From positions 248,001-312,000 of the forward strand of contig JAUFOQ010000005.1 in assembly GCA_040285855.1 (NCBI GenBank): a stretch of DNA of 64,000 nucleotides, read 5' to 3'. The position numbers and the translations under genes are program-made. This stretch comes from Eukaryota sp. GEM-RC1 (lineage: Eukaryota). Under the pieces are notes generated by a model, which was not told the DNA's origin, did not search any database, and was given only the letters and a program-made list of their open reading frames with translations. Positions 12,093 through 25,187 of this stretch are shown in pieces. How positions within the stretch are numbered: position 1 is the stretch's first letter; each line of letters opens with the position of its first letter.

Positions 12093-14571
12093 ATGGGGAC
12101 TGAATGTTCTCCCACCCAAGTCTTTGCCTTCCCTCCTTCTACAATCACTGCAAAGCTTTGTAATCTTCGTAAAGAAGGTGTTCTCCTTGACTCATCCATT
12201 TCCCTTCACGACGACGAGTTTCCTTGTCATTCTGCCGTGGTTTCTCTCTTCAGTGACCTTCTCAAAACCAAACTGTTTTCTTCCTCCAAAGTTGATGATC
12301 TCGATCTCCTGTTACTTCTACTTCCCGATTCCTCTCTCTTCTTCAACGTCTTGTACTCTTTCTATGGTCTCCCTCTGAAGTTCACTTTTCAAGATCTCTA
12401 TCATACTGGTGTTGTCTCTACTTACTTGAAATACACTAATCTTTCTGATTTTCTTGCTACTCTTGTCGAAACTGGAATGAGCTTGAAGAACACGTTCACT
12501 TTCCAATTAGATCATGACGTGATTGTTTCTAATTTTAGAAAGTTTGCCCCTAGTGACGTGTCAATTACTTACAAGGAAGTACACATTCAAACAAATACCC
12601 TAATTTTAGTTGCCACGTCAGCAACTTTTCTGAACCAATTCTCTACTAGTTTTATTGATTCAAATGATCGCAAAATCACTTATGAATCAGAATTTGAAGG
12701 AGTAGAAGAAGATACTTTTGAACAATTTTTTAATTTGTTCTATTCAGATTCAATTAAGGTCAATATTTCTAATGTTTTAAGTTTTTATCAATTGTCCTTT
12801 TATTTTCAAGTTCCAGAGCTTTTGGAAGCTTGTAAGACGTTTTTATTAACCAATACTTTTACTGATTTGGAATTATTGTCACTTTTGAATTTAGCAAATG
12901 TTCGTCATCAAGTTCGATTTGTTGAACAAATTTTACATATATTTAAAAATCTTTCTCATCCCCTGAAACTCGATTCATTACCATTGTCTGTTGAAATACT
13001 TCAAAGGTTGTTTCCTATTGTTGATAATTGGTGGCTTATTCAATGTCTTTTAGAAACTTTTAAAAATCGAGAATTAACCAGTGAAGAATTAAATTCTATT
13101 TTAAAGTTGATTGACATTCATCAATTTGATTACAACAATCTGTACACTTTAATTCAACCTTTATTTGATGAACAATCTTTTGAGTCTGTTTTATTACAAT
13201 GGTCAGTTGATAATTTTTCAAATATTAAACAATTGGAGAAAATTCCTCCGCATTGGTTTTTATGGACTTTTCAAGCTGCTGATAGAGCTAAATCTGATCT
13301 TGAACATTTTGTTGTTAATTTTATGAAAGTTGTTCCTTTTGAGTTTCTACATTGTTTTCAAGGATTTTCTCCATCACCTTTAGCTTTCAAACTTCTTGCT
13401 CCATCAGTTACAGCTGATTATTCAACTTTTTGGCTAAAAGTCTTGTTGATTCTTGGAGAAATTTTGATTGGGATGTTGACGTATTTCATGAATGTGTGAA
13501 TGGTTTTGATTTGAAAGTGACAGATCCTGTTGCTATTTTTGAAATATTTTCAGACTTAAAAAATGATTCAAAACTGTGCCAATTCTTCCAAAAGTATTTC
13601 GCTGATAATGCTTTAATTGTTTTGAAATTTCAACAGGCTAAGTGTGAAGGTCTTGTTAAAAATTTGGAAAAGAATGTTGCCACTTTAAAACAAAGTAATT
13701 CTCAATTATCACTAACTAACTCTCAATATAAGGAGTTTGTCATGTCTTCACTTCGTTTCCCATTTACCTTTACTAATGCAGGAAAAACAGGTAGAAGTGG
13801 GCCTTGTCTTGAGGACTGTATTGGTGCTTATAATCATGAATATTTTAAAAATATTCAAAATTTTAATGTTATTGATGGGATTCAACATTGGACTGTACCT
13901 TTAACTGGAATGTATAGAATTGAATGTGCTGGAGCTAGAGGTGGTAATGATAATTATAACACTTCAACTAAACCTGGAAAAGGAGCAGTAATGATTGGTG
14001 AATTTGAATTGAAATCTGGTCAAATTATTAAAATATTGGTTGGTCAGGTTGGGTGTGATGCTCGAGGTGCTAATTGGCATCGAGGTGGAGGAGGAGGTGG
14101 TGGTTCCTTTGTTGTATTGGATTCTTCTCCTTTAATAGTTGCAGGAGGTGGTAATGGGCAGAGTTATAGAAGTTGGAAAACAAACGGACCTGATGGTAGA
14201 GTAGATTTCACTGAAGGTGTTGGTAAAGGAGGAAGAGGACGTGGCAGTGATGGTGGTGGATTCACTCTTGATGGTCAGAATGCAACTGAAGGTAATAATA
14301 CTGGAGGTAAGTCCTTTCTTAATGGAGGAATGGGTGGTCAAAGTGACACTAGTTATTCTATTACAGCTCACGGTGGATTTGGTGGTGGTGGAGGTACCAG
14401 AGTAGAAGGAGGAGGAGGCGGGGGTATACCGGGGGTAGTGTAGTCCCTACTAATCAGTACAACAATACATACCCCTCGTATGGAGCTGGATCTTTCAATT
14501 CAGGATTAAATCCAGTAAATACTAGTGGAAGTAATGATGGAGATGGTTTTGTAAAAATACATTTACTGTAG
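12093..14571 (+). CDS. Tandem BTB/POZ + coiled-coil + ALK/LTK-like glycine-rich domain protein, paralog 1 (two homopolymer frameshifts)
   Basis: BTB1 LCNLRKEGVLLD..EFPCHSAVVSLFS; BTB2 SDVSI..LILVATS..FEQFFNLFYS..NVLSFYQLSFYFQVPELLEAC; C-terminal FTFTNAGKTG.SGP..GIQHWTVPLTGMYRIECAGARGG..ILVGQ.G..GGGGGSFV..PLIVAGGG. Frameshifts in a T-run (~13428) and a G-run (~14420). Confidence 0.85.
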
Positions 14572-17500
14572 ATTGTTTTTCTTTTGAGTTTCTGATGTTA
14601 TTATTTGATTTAATGATCATTATCAGATCACTGCTTGAGATAAACAACATTAATACACGTATAATCTTTTTTGCTAGGAATAATGGAAAGAGTTTAATCA
14701 CAAAGAATGAGTAAAACTTTGTTCCTCAATGTCAAATTGGTACTAGAAGTCATGGGAAATCCAGGAGTTGACGTGATGTTGTTCAAGAAAATGAAAGAGA
14801 TGGAAGTATAAAACCCAGATAAGAATAATTGTAAGAGTAAGATGAAGAAAACAAGCTATCTGAATAGCAACAAGGTGGTTTGTATTGAGAAACAAGAACT
14901 TGTTTGAAGCGATGTCATGTTTTTATAGAGTATGTGGATTAGAAACAAGTTCTCAATAGGTTCAATGTAGACGTGGCACTTTTCCCTAACAGCGATCATT
15001 GAGACAAGCGACAAGAACCTAAGGAGTTTCCTATGCAGTGGTTACTAACAAGGAAACAAATGAATGCGAATCTGAAGAAGAAGAACTCATATCATAACAG
15101 GGATTTCTACACGGGTATGCAGCAGATAAGAGCAAGAACAAATCTGGAACAAACGTAAAGCACCACTTTTAGTCATGAATGAGTCTCTCATGACTCCATG
15201 TACATGTACAAGAACCTATCCGAATGAATACGGCTGACCATTCAGCTACAATTCCAAAGAAGAAAGCTTGTATGTAGGAACGGTTCAGCAGTAGGTCAAT
15301 ATCAAAGCAATATTGTGGTAAATGTGTGTAGTGTGATGATAAATTAGTTGTGGATGTTAATATGTAATACAGTGACTGTATTAGAAAGATAAAGATGAAG
15401 GAAAGTTCTTTGCAACAAGAAGATTCCCAATGAATGAATTCCTTCTATTAAACGTAATCAGCAAAGGAAAGTTACTACACACATTGGTGTAACTCTTGTA
15501 TATCTTCTTGTCTTGATTTTAAGTTGATTTGTTGTAAAATTGTTTCAACTAGGAGTAAATTACTCATAGAAATGAATCAGTGGGTTTAACATAAATCTTC
15601 GGTTTCTAGTTTCAGTTTAATGTACTTCTCCAGCATGACGTCTTCAATGAGCTCTTAAATTGATTTACAGCAATGAATCACGTAATTGTTTAATCCTGCT
15701 GTTTTGACATGAGCTCCTTCAATTAATCGATGTCGTTCACGATAACATCAATTTCTACGTAAGCTGAATAAAATTTTGTAATTCGAAGGACTATAGTGTC
15801 AGTGTGTGTTAGTCTAACTGTGTGTGTAAAAGTTAATTCTTCATTGATGTCTCACGTATAGAAAATATGTATTTTTCTTCTGAACACTACTGATAACGTG
15901 GCCTCAATCTAACAGTAGCATTTATACTTGTTTCAATCCAAATATTTCATCATCTTCATTATCCAGTGCTTCCCCGAGAAGTAGATCGAACACGCAGTTC
16001 CATAGTAGCCCATGGTACGAAACACCGTAAAGTTGCCTTCATAATGTAATTCTTTTCCTTGTGTTCCTCAATATTTTCAAAATACAAATTAAACGGAGAA
16101 ATATCATTTGATAAACGACCGAAGCTGACTTTAACTATGGTTTGTTTCAAACAGAATTCATTTTACTTTTAATACAACTCAGTTCGTAAGGTTACGTTGG
16201 AAATGTTTAAGTGTCAAGTAGTCAATGGAAAAATTGAACCTTTTCTTAAACATTACAGTGATGACACTATTACCAATTCTCGAAGAGTAGATCGCATTGT
16301 ACCTCATGTTGATTCATGTAGTTAGATTTTACTAATGACAAACAGTGATAGATTTTACTACTATTGATCCTTGTGTTTTTGAACTTTGTTCCTAGTTTTA
16401 GGCTGAACAACTAAGTATATTTTCAAGTGTTTACACACAGTGACCAAGCTACAGTAAAACGTAAATCGTTTCTTTTTCTCCAATTTTTGGGGTATTAATT
16501 TTGGGTATATAATGAACGTTGGAAAAAATCGATGAATGATGTTCAAATTTGAACCGACGAAAGCATCACTTCAACAAGTGAAAATAAGCAAATTATACAT
16601 TAGCTCACCTCTAGCATGAACAACTGAGAGAATGTTTTTACCATTAGGTAAACACTGCATTTCATTTATGATCGAATCCCAGATCAAACTCTCACACCAG
16701 CTGCAATTTAAATTAATATTACACTATAAACTCACACTGCTTCATAATAGCACAGAATTCGTTGTGCCGTTTAATTTACTTCATATAATTGGTAAACATG
16801 ATGTAAATGTACGTGTACAATTAAAACACAACATGAGAATGTATAATAGAAACCAAAAATACTCAATTGAATAAACACTTTACTTTAATCAGTACAGATG
16901 AAGGTCATCAGTACTCGCATTTACAACAATATTTGAAACCTTATAACCAGAAAGAATACGAACCTAATAGTTCAAAAAGTGCCTAAAAAGTACAACACAT
17001 AGTAAAAATAACAAAACGTGAGTAAAACAACTTTATTCATCAATGCGGTATTGATTCTAGAACATTTGGGAAATCAAGGAGATGACGTGTTTTTTCAGGA
17101 GACTGGAAGAGACTGCAATTGCATTTCTAACTGTTGTAAGAGTAGTAAGTAGGGCAAGGTCTGATTCGGATTCCGCATTACTGAACAGATGACAATTACA
17201 TATAGTAAAATTGTAAGGATAAATTTAGGGCAAAATTGCACCTATTATCATATCCCAAATCAGTAATACACGACCATCAAATTACTATTTCTCAACATGC
17301 TATTCTCATGACAACACAGTATCTACTCCATGAATAGAAAACGCCTTTTAATTACAATCACAATTATAGTATATCATCTATACTGACATACATAGTTTTT
17401 ACTGGTTTATCTAAATTATCAAGTTCTGTGATGTAAATTCTTCAATGCAGTATCCCTCTTTCTATCACGTGTATCTGCATTCTCAGCTCAACAATTACTG

Positions 17501-17678
17501 GTTTTGTCTTCTTTTGAACTTCAAATTGTTGATGTTGGAATAACCGTATATGCCGATGATTTACCCAGTACTAAAAGAAGTACTCTTAACTTCGTTGGTT
17601 CTCAAACGAGGCTAAGATCTAACGAACAAACTACACCGATTGTTTCCAATTTGTGTCACTAGAAATTGAATTTGTATT

Positions 17679-17990
17679 TTATTTAAATGACATTTGTAAA
17701 TATTTAAAAAGTTCTTGTATTTGATTTCTTCGATTTGTTAATACTAAAATCACTGCAAGATCTCCTTTTGTGAGACTTGGTGGATGTGAATCTGTTTTGG
17801 ATGTAATGCGATCCCTAGTAGAGTAGCGACACTTGTAAAGAAGTCGGTACTGTTTTTCTCGCTCCGCTTCTTTCTCAAGTTGATCTAGGTAAATACGGTG
17901 CATTTCAGCTAAGGGGGTCTTCTTGCTCCCATTCGTTCTGCCATGGAAATACCTTACGTTGATCATCCGAACTTCATTCAAAATCATCAC
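17679..17990 (-). pseudogene. Unidentified charged ORF fragment, homologous to 54032-54388
   Basis: Shared peptide PLAEMHRI.LDQ..KE.E.EKQYR..STRDRITSKTDS..SLTKGDLAVILVL. The 5' frames differ and no family was recognised. Confidence 0.3.
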
Positions 17991-19324
17991 ATTCTGAAGT
18001 TAATGATGAGCAGAACTCTACCTGCAAATTGAGGATCTGAGTCAGTCATTTGAGCAAAAGATTTGGGAAAAAGTTCCTTTTGCCAATGTACTCTGTATTT
18101 CCTCACACCAACGCGTGTTTAAAATTGGTTATTCCAACTGAGACATCCACGTATAGATCTCACCTCTGCAGAACTTACTATCAGTTCACAGTGAACAAGT
18201 GAAGTTGAAAAGACTTAGTTTCGATGAGCTCACTGCTGATGTGGGAATGATGACAGAAGACGAATCATATAGATATCTCTTCTTCATCTGGCACCTTTAG
18301 TATTAGAACCCAACGGTTTGACGTACATTTTGTCAATAACAAACTTACTATTACGATATGAATTCGATTATAAAAAAACGGGATTTATAATCAATCAGTG
18401 AAATGAAAGCTTTCGCAAACAATAATAACTAACAGACACCAACTAGAGTATCTAAACTATGATCCTTCTGTCCTTCACCGAACAACTTACCTAAAATTGA
18501 ATTATCAAATATGTACATTGAACGAAACAGCCCAAACTTTAACCAATCAACCAAAAATGTCGACTATAAATATTACTTTGATGCGATTTCTTACAACGAA
18601 ATGAGTAGACTTTCTTAACGCTCAGTAATTGAGACTCTTTTTTTCACTGTTTCAGAGAGCCACATGTCTGAATTTTTTCGAGATCTAAGACTGATCAAGC
18701 CACACACGTGTTAGTAAAAATGTAACAAAAGATTATAGTCTGACCTGCTTTTATAGTTGATTAATATATTTCAGTTTAAAGCACTTTCGTGTTCAAAACT
18801 ATGACTCGGAATTAACTTCATTGATCACATGATCACGTACGTCATCGATCTTGAAGGGTTAGTATTCCAGTTCTTTCATCACAATTAATTATTGGTAGAA
18901 TGTACACCCAATCATCTAGCTTTATTTAATAGTTGAAGACGATGACTTGTAGATTCGAAGGCCTTCATTGTTCTGTTTGTGTACGTAATATACTTGAGTG
19001 CAAAGAGAATACTGTAAGTTATAAAGGATACAGCGGAAGTGCTAAAATAGAACTTCACTTATGAGATTACCCCAAGTACACATAAGTAACTCTAGTGCAT
19101 GTAATAGTCAAATGACAAAAATCAAATAAACTCATTTCGTGTGGATATGGAATGAATAACCTACAATATTACGTTAAGCACTTACCATGATAGACAACTA
19201 ACAATCCTTTATCTGGTTTTTCTTTCCATGTCTACCATTTGTTGACGTAGAACTAAAAACCAAACATCCCAACATATTTTAAAGTTACTTTCTTAATAAT
19301 TGCACGTGATGTAGACTGAACGGT

Positions 19325-19630
19325 GCTCTGATTTTAGGTGATTATGTTGTCAATGAGAAAGTAAAGAAGTCACTAATTTCCTTTCTGCACATTTTGATTT
19401 CGACATTGTTGAAAATGAAACTGTTTTTCAAATCAATGCATCTTTTCTGCGACATCTTCAAGCGTCAAACGCTTGGTGTCATGTGACACTTTTAGAAAAT
19501 GGTGTAAAACGAAAAATATATTTGGAAAATATCAAAATCAAGATGAAACACCCCTGCAAAAACGCTCATTTGTGACTCTTTTGAACATTGATAACATTAA
19601 TTGAAAAAGCTTATATGAAATAAATCTTAT
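19325..19630. repeat. Dispersed ~300-bp non-coding repeat (also ~52955-53280 and ~55655-55960)
   Basis: Shared CTCTGATTTTAGGTGATT.TGTTGTCA, TTTTTCAAATCA.TGC.TCTTT..GCGACATC and TTGAAAAAGCTTA.ATGAAAT. Confidence 0.7.
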
Positions 19631-20401
19631 TTTGTAATTCAAAAACAATGAATAGAAGAGCTTGTATTTTGTTGAAACACTTAGCTCTATTCAGTTCAGC
19701 ATGATCATCGACTCCTTCTACTACGTACTTGGTTTGATCTAACAGTGAAGTGCTTCAACTGACGGACTTTTGGTCTGAAGGAATTAACTGGCAATCCTGT
19801 ATGCCACGTGGCATTCAGATTTGTCACCTTCCTCCGTCTACGATTACCGTCACTATTGATGATCACGTCACTATATCTTCTCTAAATCTATTCACCAATG
19901 TCGTTCTCCTCTTCAAAGATCACTCAACTCTCACTAAAACTGATACTCTTCTACTTAATGGAGGTACGTTACGCTCTGATCTCTCTTCTTCATCTTCCTC
20001 TACCTCTCTTGTTGTGGATGCTGACTCTATTTTCCCACAAACTCATTGTTACTAGGATCTTTGATTGGAAACGTGATTCAATTGATCTAGACGACTTCAG
20101 TGGAACTTGTTTTTGACAATGTTACTTCACCAATTACAATCGAATCCTTGGAAAATATTAAATTTTAAAAACTTCATGGTTTTTTGTTGAATAGTTGTTC
20201 AAATCCTTCTTCGGACGATCTTTCACCCTCGATGAGAGCAATGCTTATGACTTCTTCTACCTCGTCCACTACTTCCAAGTGAACAAACTCATTGACCACT
20301 TGAATTTAGAAGCATAACAGTCAAGGTGTTTTTCCAAACAAACACGGTGAAATTAAATCAAAATGACCTAAACATCCCTAATCTTCAATCTTCCTTATCC
20401 T

Positions 20402-20500
20402 ATTAAACAAGCTTCTGCTGTTCATAGTCATTCTCTAGTTCTGTTAACAAATGGTGACGTTTACACTGCTGGACGTAACCATCATGATCAACTGGGCTTT
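20402..20500 (+). pseudogene. RCC1-repeat fragment (second stub at ~20775-20815)
   Basis: IKQASAVHSHSLVLLTNGDVYTAGRNHHDQLG matches the RCC1 consensus (xxxG..HS..L..dG.VY.WG.N..GQLG). Confidence 0.8.
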
Positions 20501-20979
20501 GTTTGTAAACCACTTTAATTCCAAATTTAAATGAAATCAAATTGACTACTGATTGATTGTTTGAGGTTTGGAGATCGTTTTGAGAATCCTCTGGACTTCT
20601 CTCATTTGCCCATATCATCTGAGTCTTTCTCTACTTTCATCTCTTCCTTCTTTGGTCACTCCTTCGATCTCACTTCTTCCATTAAAACAGTGTTTAGCAA
20701 TGTCTGAAAAACATCATCATGATACTTCTCCTTCCCAAGTTCGTTAGCCTCCATTGAAAGAAGGAATTATAGTGTGTTGAGTTAACAAATGGTGACGTTT
20801 ACACTTCTGGACGTCTCTACAACAACTCTTGGATACTCTAAAGAACCTTACCAAGCAGTGAAGTTTCTACTTATGAAGTCTGCGGTTGTTACTCCGGCTA
20901 TTATCAATTGCAATGAGGAAGGTCCTCCCATCAACCATCCTGCTGTTTTACCAGCCAGTGTTGGTTCTAGACGAAAAGT

Positions 20980-21138
20980 GTTCATTGAGACTTGAAAAAC
21001 AGCCAACATTCTCTTAGTTGATGATCACGTTAGAGTTGCTGATTTTGGTACCTCTAAAAACCTTGCAGCCACAACTCTAGTGACCAGACCAAATGCTATG
21101 AGTCCTAAGTATGCTGCACCTGAGCAGTTTGACTCAAG
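20980..21138 (+). pseudogene. Protein kinase fragment, subdomains VIb-VIII, with a stop in the HRD motif
   Basis: VH*DLKTANILLVDDHVRVADFGTSKNLAATTLVTRPNAMSPKYAAPEQFDS. Confidence 0.85.
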
Positions 21139-24100
21139 AGCTGTGTCAAGCTGTCAAATTCCCCTAATCAAGTCTCTTCCCACTCCAAACTCTCTTTCTC
21201 CATCAACATTAAGCTATGATAAGGAGATTTGGACTGCTGTCTAGTACTTTACATTGTCTTTGTTTAACTAAATTAAACCCCTAATTAGAGGTAATTATTA
21301 TACTTGGAGAGGTCTAAATCCAGGAGTAAGTAACGAAAGTAAAGTTTTAACAGTTGTTCTGAGTTCATTGACCTGTTGAGGTATTTTATGGTCAAAGGTC
21401 AAATGAACTAAATTAAAAGAAAAAAAAGTAAAAAAGATTCTGAGTAGTAAAAATTCCTTCCTCCACTGAATAGAACCATTTAAACCAGTAATTAAAACAA
21501 AGAAGTGTTGAAAGAAGATGAGTAAACAACTCTCAATTAAGACTGATAATGAATAATTGAAGAAGTTGTTAGGTAACTATTAAATCAGTACATTGACTTA
21601 AGTAGACCCGAAACTAACACTCAACAATGTTATTAGTTTGATAAAAAGGAAATGTGGCTCCGATAATCTCCATTAATCAAGTTCTTTTAGACTCATTCAG
21701 AAGAAAAAAGAACAATGAACATGGTCTTAATAAAAGCTTATTCAAGAAAGTATATCAAAAAACACGTGTTCTACCACTTTCATTGAGAATTATACCAAGA
21801 AAGTGCAACAATCAGTCAATTCAAAAGACTGTAGATTTAGGTAGTGTGAATGCTGGAAAGTAAGTAACACTGTCATTAGTGATAAATAGGGTACCTTAAT
21901 AGATAGTAACTCATGTTAGACATTCAAATCAGAGTTTTCTTGAGATTGAAGTGATGGCCTAAATCAGTGGTGAGTACTAGTGTTTGACAAGTAGAGAGTC
22001 ACAAAGGTCAGGAGACGAGAGAACTGGCAAGACATTACTTTGAGAGGGAGAAAGAAGGAAGGAATCGAAGGAGTGTGAAGGACGAGGAGAAGCGACAGAG
22101 CTTAGAGGTGGAGATTCACCAGTTTTAGTTAAAGGAAATGAGAGAGACTTCAGACTGATAATCACGTTATTAGGTAGCTTTTGGTTTCAGATCAAACGGT
22201 GCTCATGAATCTCTGCAGGAGTTCGATTGGTCACATAGAAGTGAAGATCGAACATCGAAAGGACTTTGAGAAGAGGTAGATCAAGGAAAGAAAGAGTTGT
22301 TCGTCTAATTGAATCGCATTGAGCAGTAGAATCGTGGCGCGTCACTAAGAGCGTCCCATTTCGATCAGGAGAAGGTTACATGTTCAACATTGAGGAGATG
22401 ACATGAACTTCTCTCTTTGATTCAACTCTCTCGAACTTCACTATGATGTCCTTTGCTCTACTCGTCTACTCTCTTCTTCACTTCTTTATTAGTTCACAAT
22501 GGGGGATCGATTATCTCATTTTCAGATCAATTCTTCTTCGTTAATTGTGTGCTGTGTATGTGACACGTTACCAGAAGTAATCCTTGACACGTGTTAACAC
22601 GGTGTTAGGAAGCGTGTTTGATGTTATCATACTCTAGTTGAGTCTGTTCTCTAACTTACTCTTGATTAAACATCTATACTTGAGTCTATTTCTCGATTCA
22701 TCTACCTCCATGTCTATTTCTCTTGGATAACCTGGTCTTACTTTGGGTTTCAGGTTTGTTACTTTACTTTGGATTCCTGGTTGATCACGTCATCAACTCA
22801 ATCACTTTGAATTCATTGGGTATTGTTATACCGATATATAATATTGTTTCAATTGTCAACGTGATCAAATTAGTTCTTTTTTGTTTGAAGTATTCTGTTT
22901 TGAATACTTTAGTTCTTTGTTTATTATATAACAAACCGATCCATTGAAGATTATTACTTACAATACTTGATCAGTTTTGTTGGAAGAAATTTCCAGCACT
23001 TTTGAGTTTCCTTTAGAGTTTTGCTTCAGTTTTTCACCATTTGTAATTATTTGTGTTGTTCCAAATTGTCATTTATCAATTTGGACTATACTTATGATAC
23101 TTCTATTATTCTAAATTTACAATTTACAATTTCCACCCATTCTTTGCAGCTATTAGTTGTTCCTTCTATCGTCATCAAACAAAAACTGAATGATTGAAAA
23201 CTCTGTGATACAATCCAGGAATCCAGACAGATTCCATCGTAGGCTGGGAAAACCATAGAGATGAAGGAAATACTTATCAAAAACGGTAAGATTACTGAGA
23301 GCTGAGGATCTCACATACTCTGGCACTCCAAAATCAAGTTTGATTGTGATCTTAAAGAGAAGTTTAGTCGTCATGTCAAAAAAAAGTTTAAATAAACATT
23401 TACCAATTCTTCAACCACTTCTAGCTGTCTCACCGTCAGTTTCTCTTCAAACAATGTCTACGAATACAGTATAGAATCAACAAATGGTTTAACTGCAAAC
23501 GTGGATATCGCTAAGTAGTCAGAATTCTATCTAGTTTTAATCTTTGTCGGAACCATTCTTTTATCTCTTTTACATGTGAAACTTTTCAGTATACGTGTGT
23601 CTTTTCGGAAAATTCTTGATTTTGATAAAACAAATAGATGACTTGTAAACCAAATTCAAGACATGATCAACACATCATTTATGGAGGATTTCGAGACTAT
23701 TCGTTGCATTGATCCTGTTTGATGTATCGTTTGAAGTCACAGATTTGACATGTACCAAAATGTCTGCAACTGCTTCAAATTTTGTGACACTTTTCACTCA
23801 AACAGTATGAATCACATGTGGTGGTGATGGTTTTTCTGGTACTTCAAGATCACTTCCGTAATGTCTGTCAGACTTGATTTTGGCTGGAAAAACGAATTGA
23901 TAAAGTGTAATGTAACTCCTAAGTATGACCAGTGGTTTTTGGAGGTCAACAAGTCGACCGTTAAGGAAATAGTTGTAGCTTCAGTATAAGCTCTATCTTC
24001 TCTCGTAGTTCACTATAGCAAGATATTAGTTCTTGGTGACACGTTTTACGGATCATAGTGATTTCAGTGCTCCTAACTTGAAATGACTTCTCAATGTTTT

Positions 24101-24438
24101 AGTGTGTGGCTTTCAATCTTAGACAATGAAGGGTTTCACTACCAGTTTAGTTTTAGATAAGCTATGTAGTTTATCTATACATTGAGTTTATACATGGTAG
24201 TTGACGTGATGCTACTGTAACTCATCGCAACGTTTGTGTATAAAGTTTATTGATCAAATTTAAATGAGATGATCCATTCTTTATTTTCAAGCCCAATTGT
24301 TTTGACTAGACTGAATGCGGTAAAGGGGAAACATTGTTCATCTTCGATTCCGGTGTATTGGTTTTCCCAATAGAATGGATGGTTACTCCTAGAACTCATT
24401 TTCTGTAGAAGTTCAGTGATCTGGAGTAAGCGATATTT

Positions 24439-25187
24439 TCAAGATATGTTATTCAATTGATCCATCAGAGCTCTTTTTGTGCTCGAGTAGTTATCCAATA
24501 TTGCTTTCCGTAATGTTTGATTCTTAAACAGTTTGACGTTACGATTGAGGAACTCTGTCATTTGGACAATCTGCTTCGATTCCACTAATCTAAATGCAAG
24601 ATGTTGATGGAACAGTGTTTTAAAACCATTCATTTGCTCTTTTATCAAGTTTACAGCATTTAGAGAAGGTACAGTAGTGTTATGTAACATTGCGATAAGG
24701 AAAAAAGAAGATCCAGAATTTTCCCATCCAGGATGATTACGATTTTGGTGTTGACGCAAGTTGACTACAACTTGTAGTTGAAGGATTATTGTAGGGATAA
24801 GCTTTAGAGGAAGGACAGTGCTGACACCTTCGTTTATTTTGCGATTCCCTTGAAAAGAAGTTATCAACACTGGCTGGTAAAGACGGTGAAGTTAACGAAA
24901 GAGAAGTTGGTTCTGAGCTGGAGATCTCTTCTACATCTTCGTGTACAAGGGGGAGGTGGAGATGAAGGGGAGCGTCGTTTACGTCCTGTATTGGGGTCTG
25001 CTTCAGCTTCTAATAGTGCTCCGGGAGTTTCGTCTTCGTCGGAAGAAATTACAAGGGGATCTTGAGGTTGAGGGATACGTGGTTGGTCACGACTCATTGC
25101 TGCAAGGATTAGTGATGCAGAAAGATGAGAGTAGTCCATAGAAAAGTGTACGGAAGAAATAATGAAAAGAATAATTACTTCTATCAT
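24439..25187 (-). pseudogene. Unidentified two-frame ORF remnant, more degraded at ~61840-62380
   Basis: Overlapping ORFs of 107 aa and 143 aa; SIM-like PLVISSDEDE and basic GRKRR segments. No family recognised. Confidence 0.3.

Noticed and set aside
14040..14470. Diversity-generating retroelement as the source of the hypervariable loops
   Set aside because: Differences are not adenine-specific and include indels; no template repeat or RT gene is in the window.
20983..20991. Stop-codon reassignment suggested by TGA in the kinase HRD motif and TAA in a hAT remnant
   Set aside because: Both are in decayed fragments (CGA>TGA is one transition), and the long intact genes have no in-frame stops and end in TAG or TAA.
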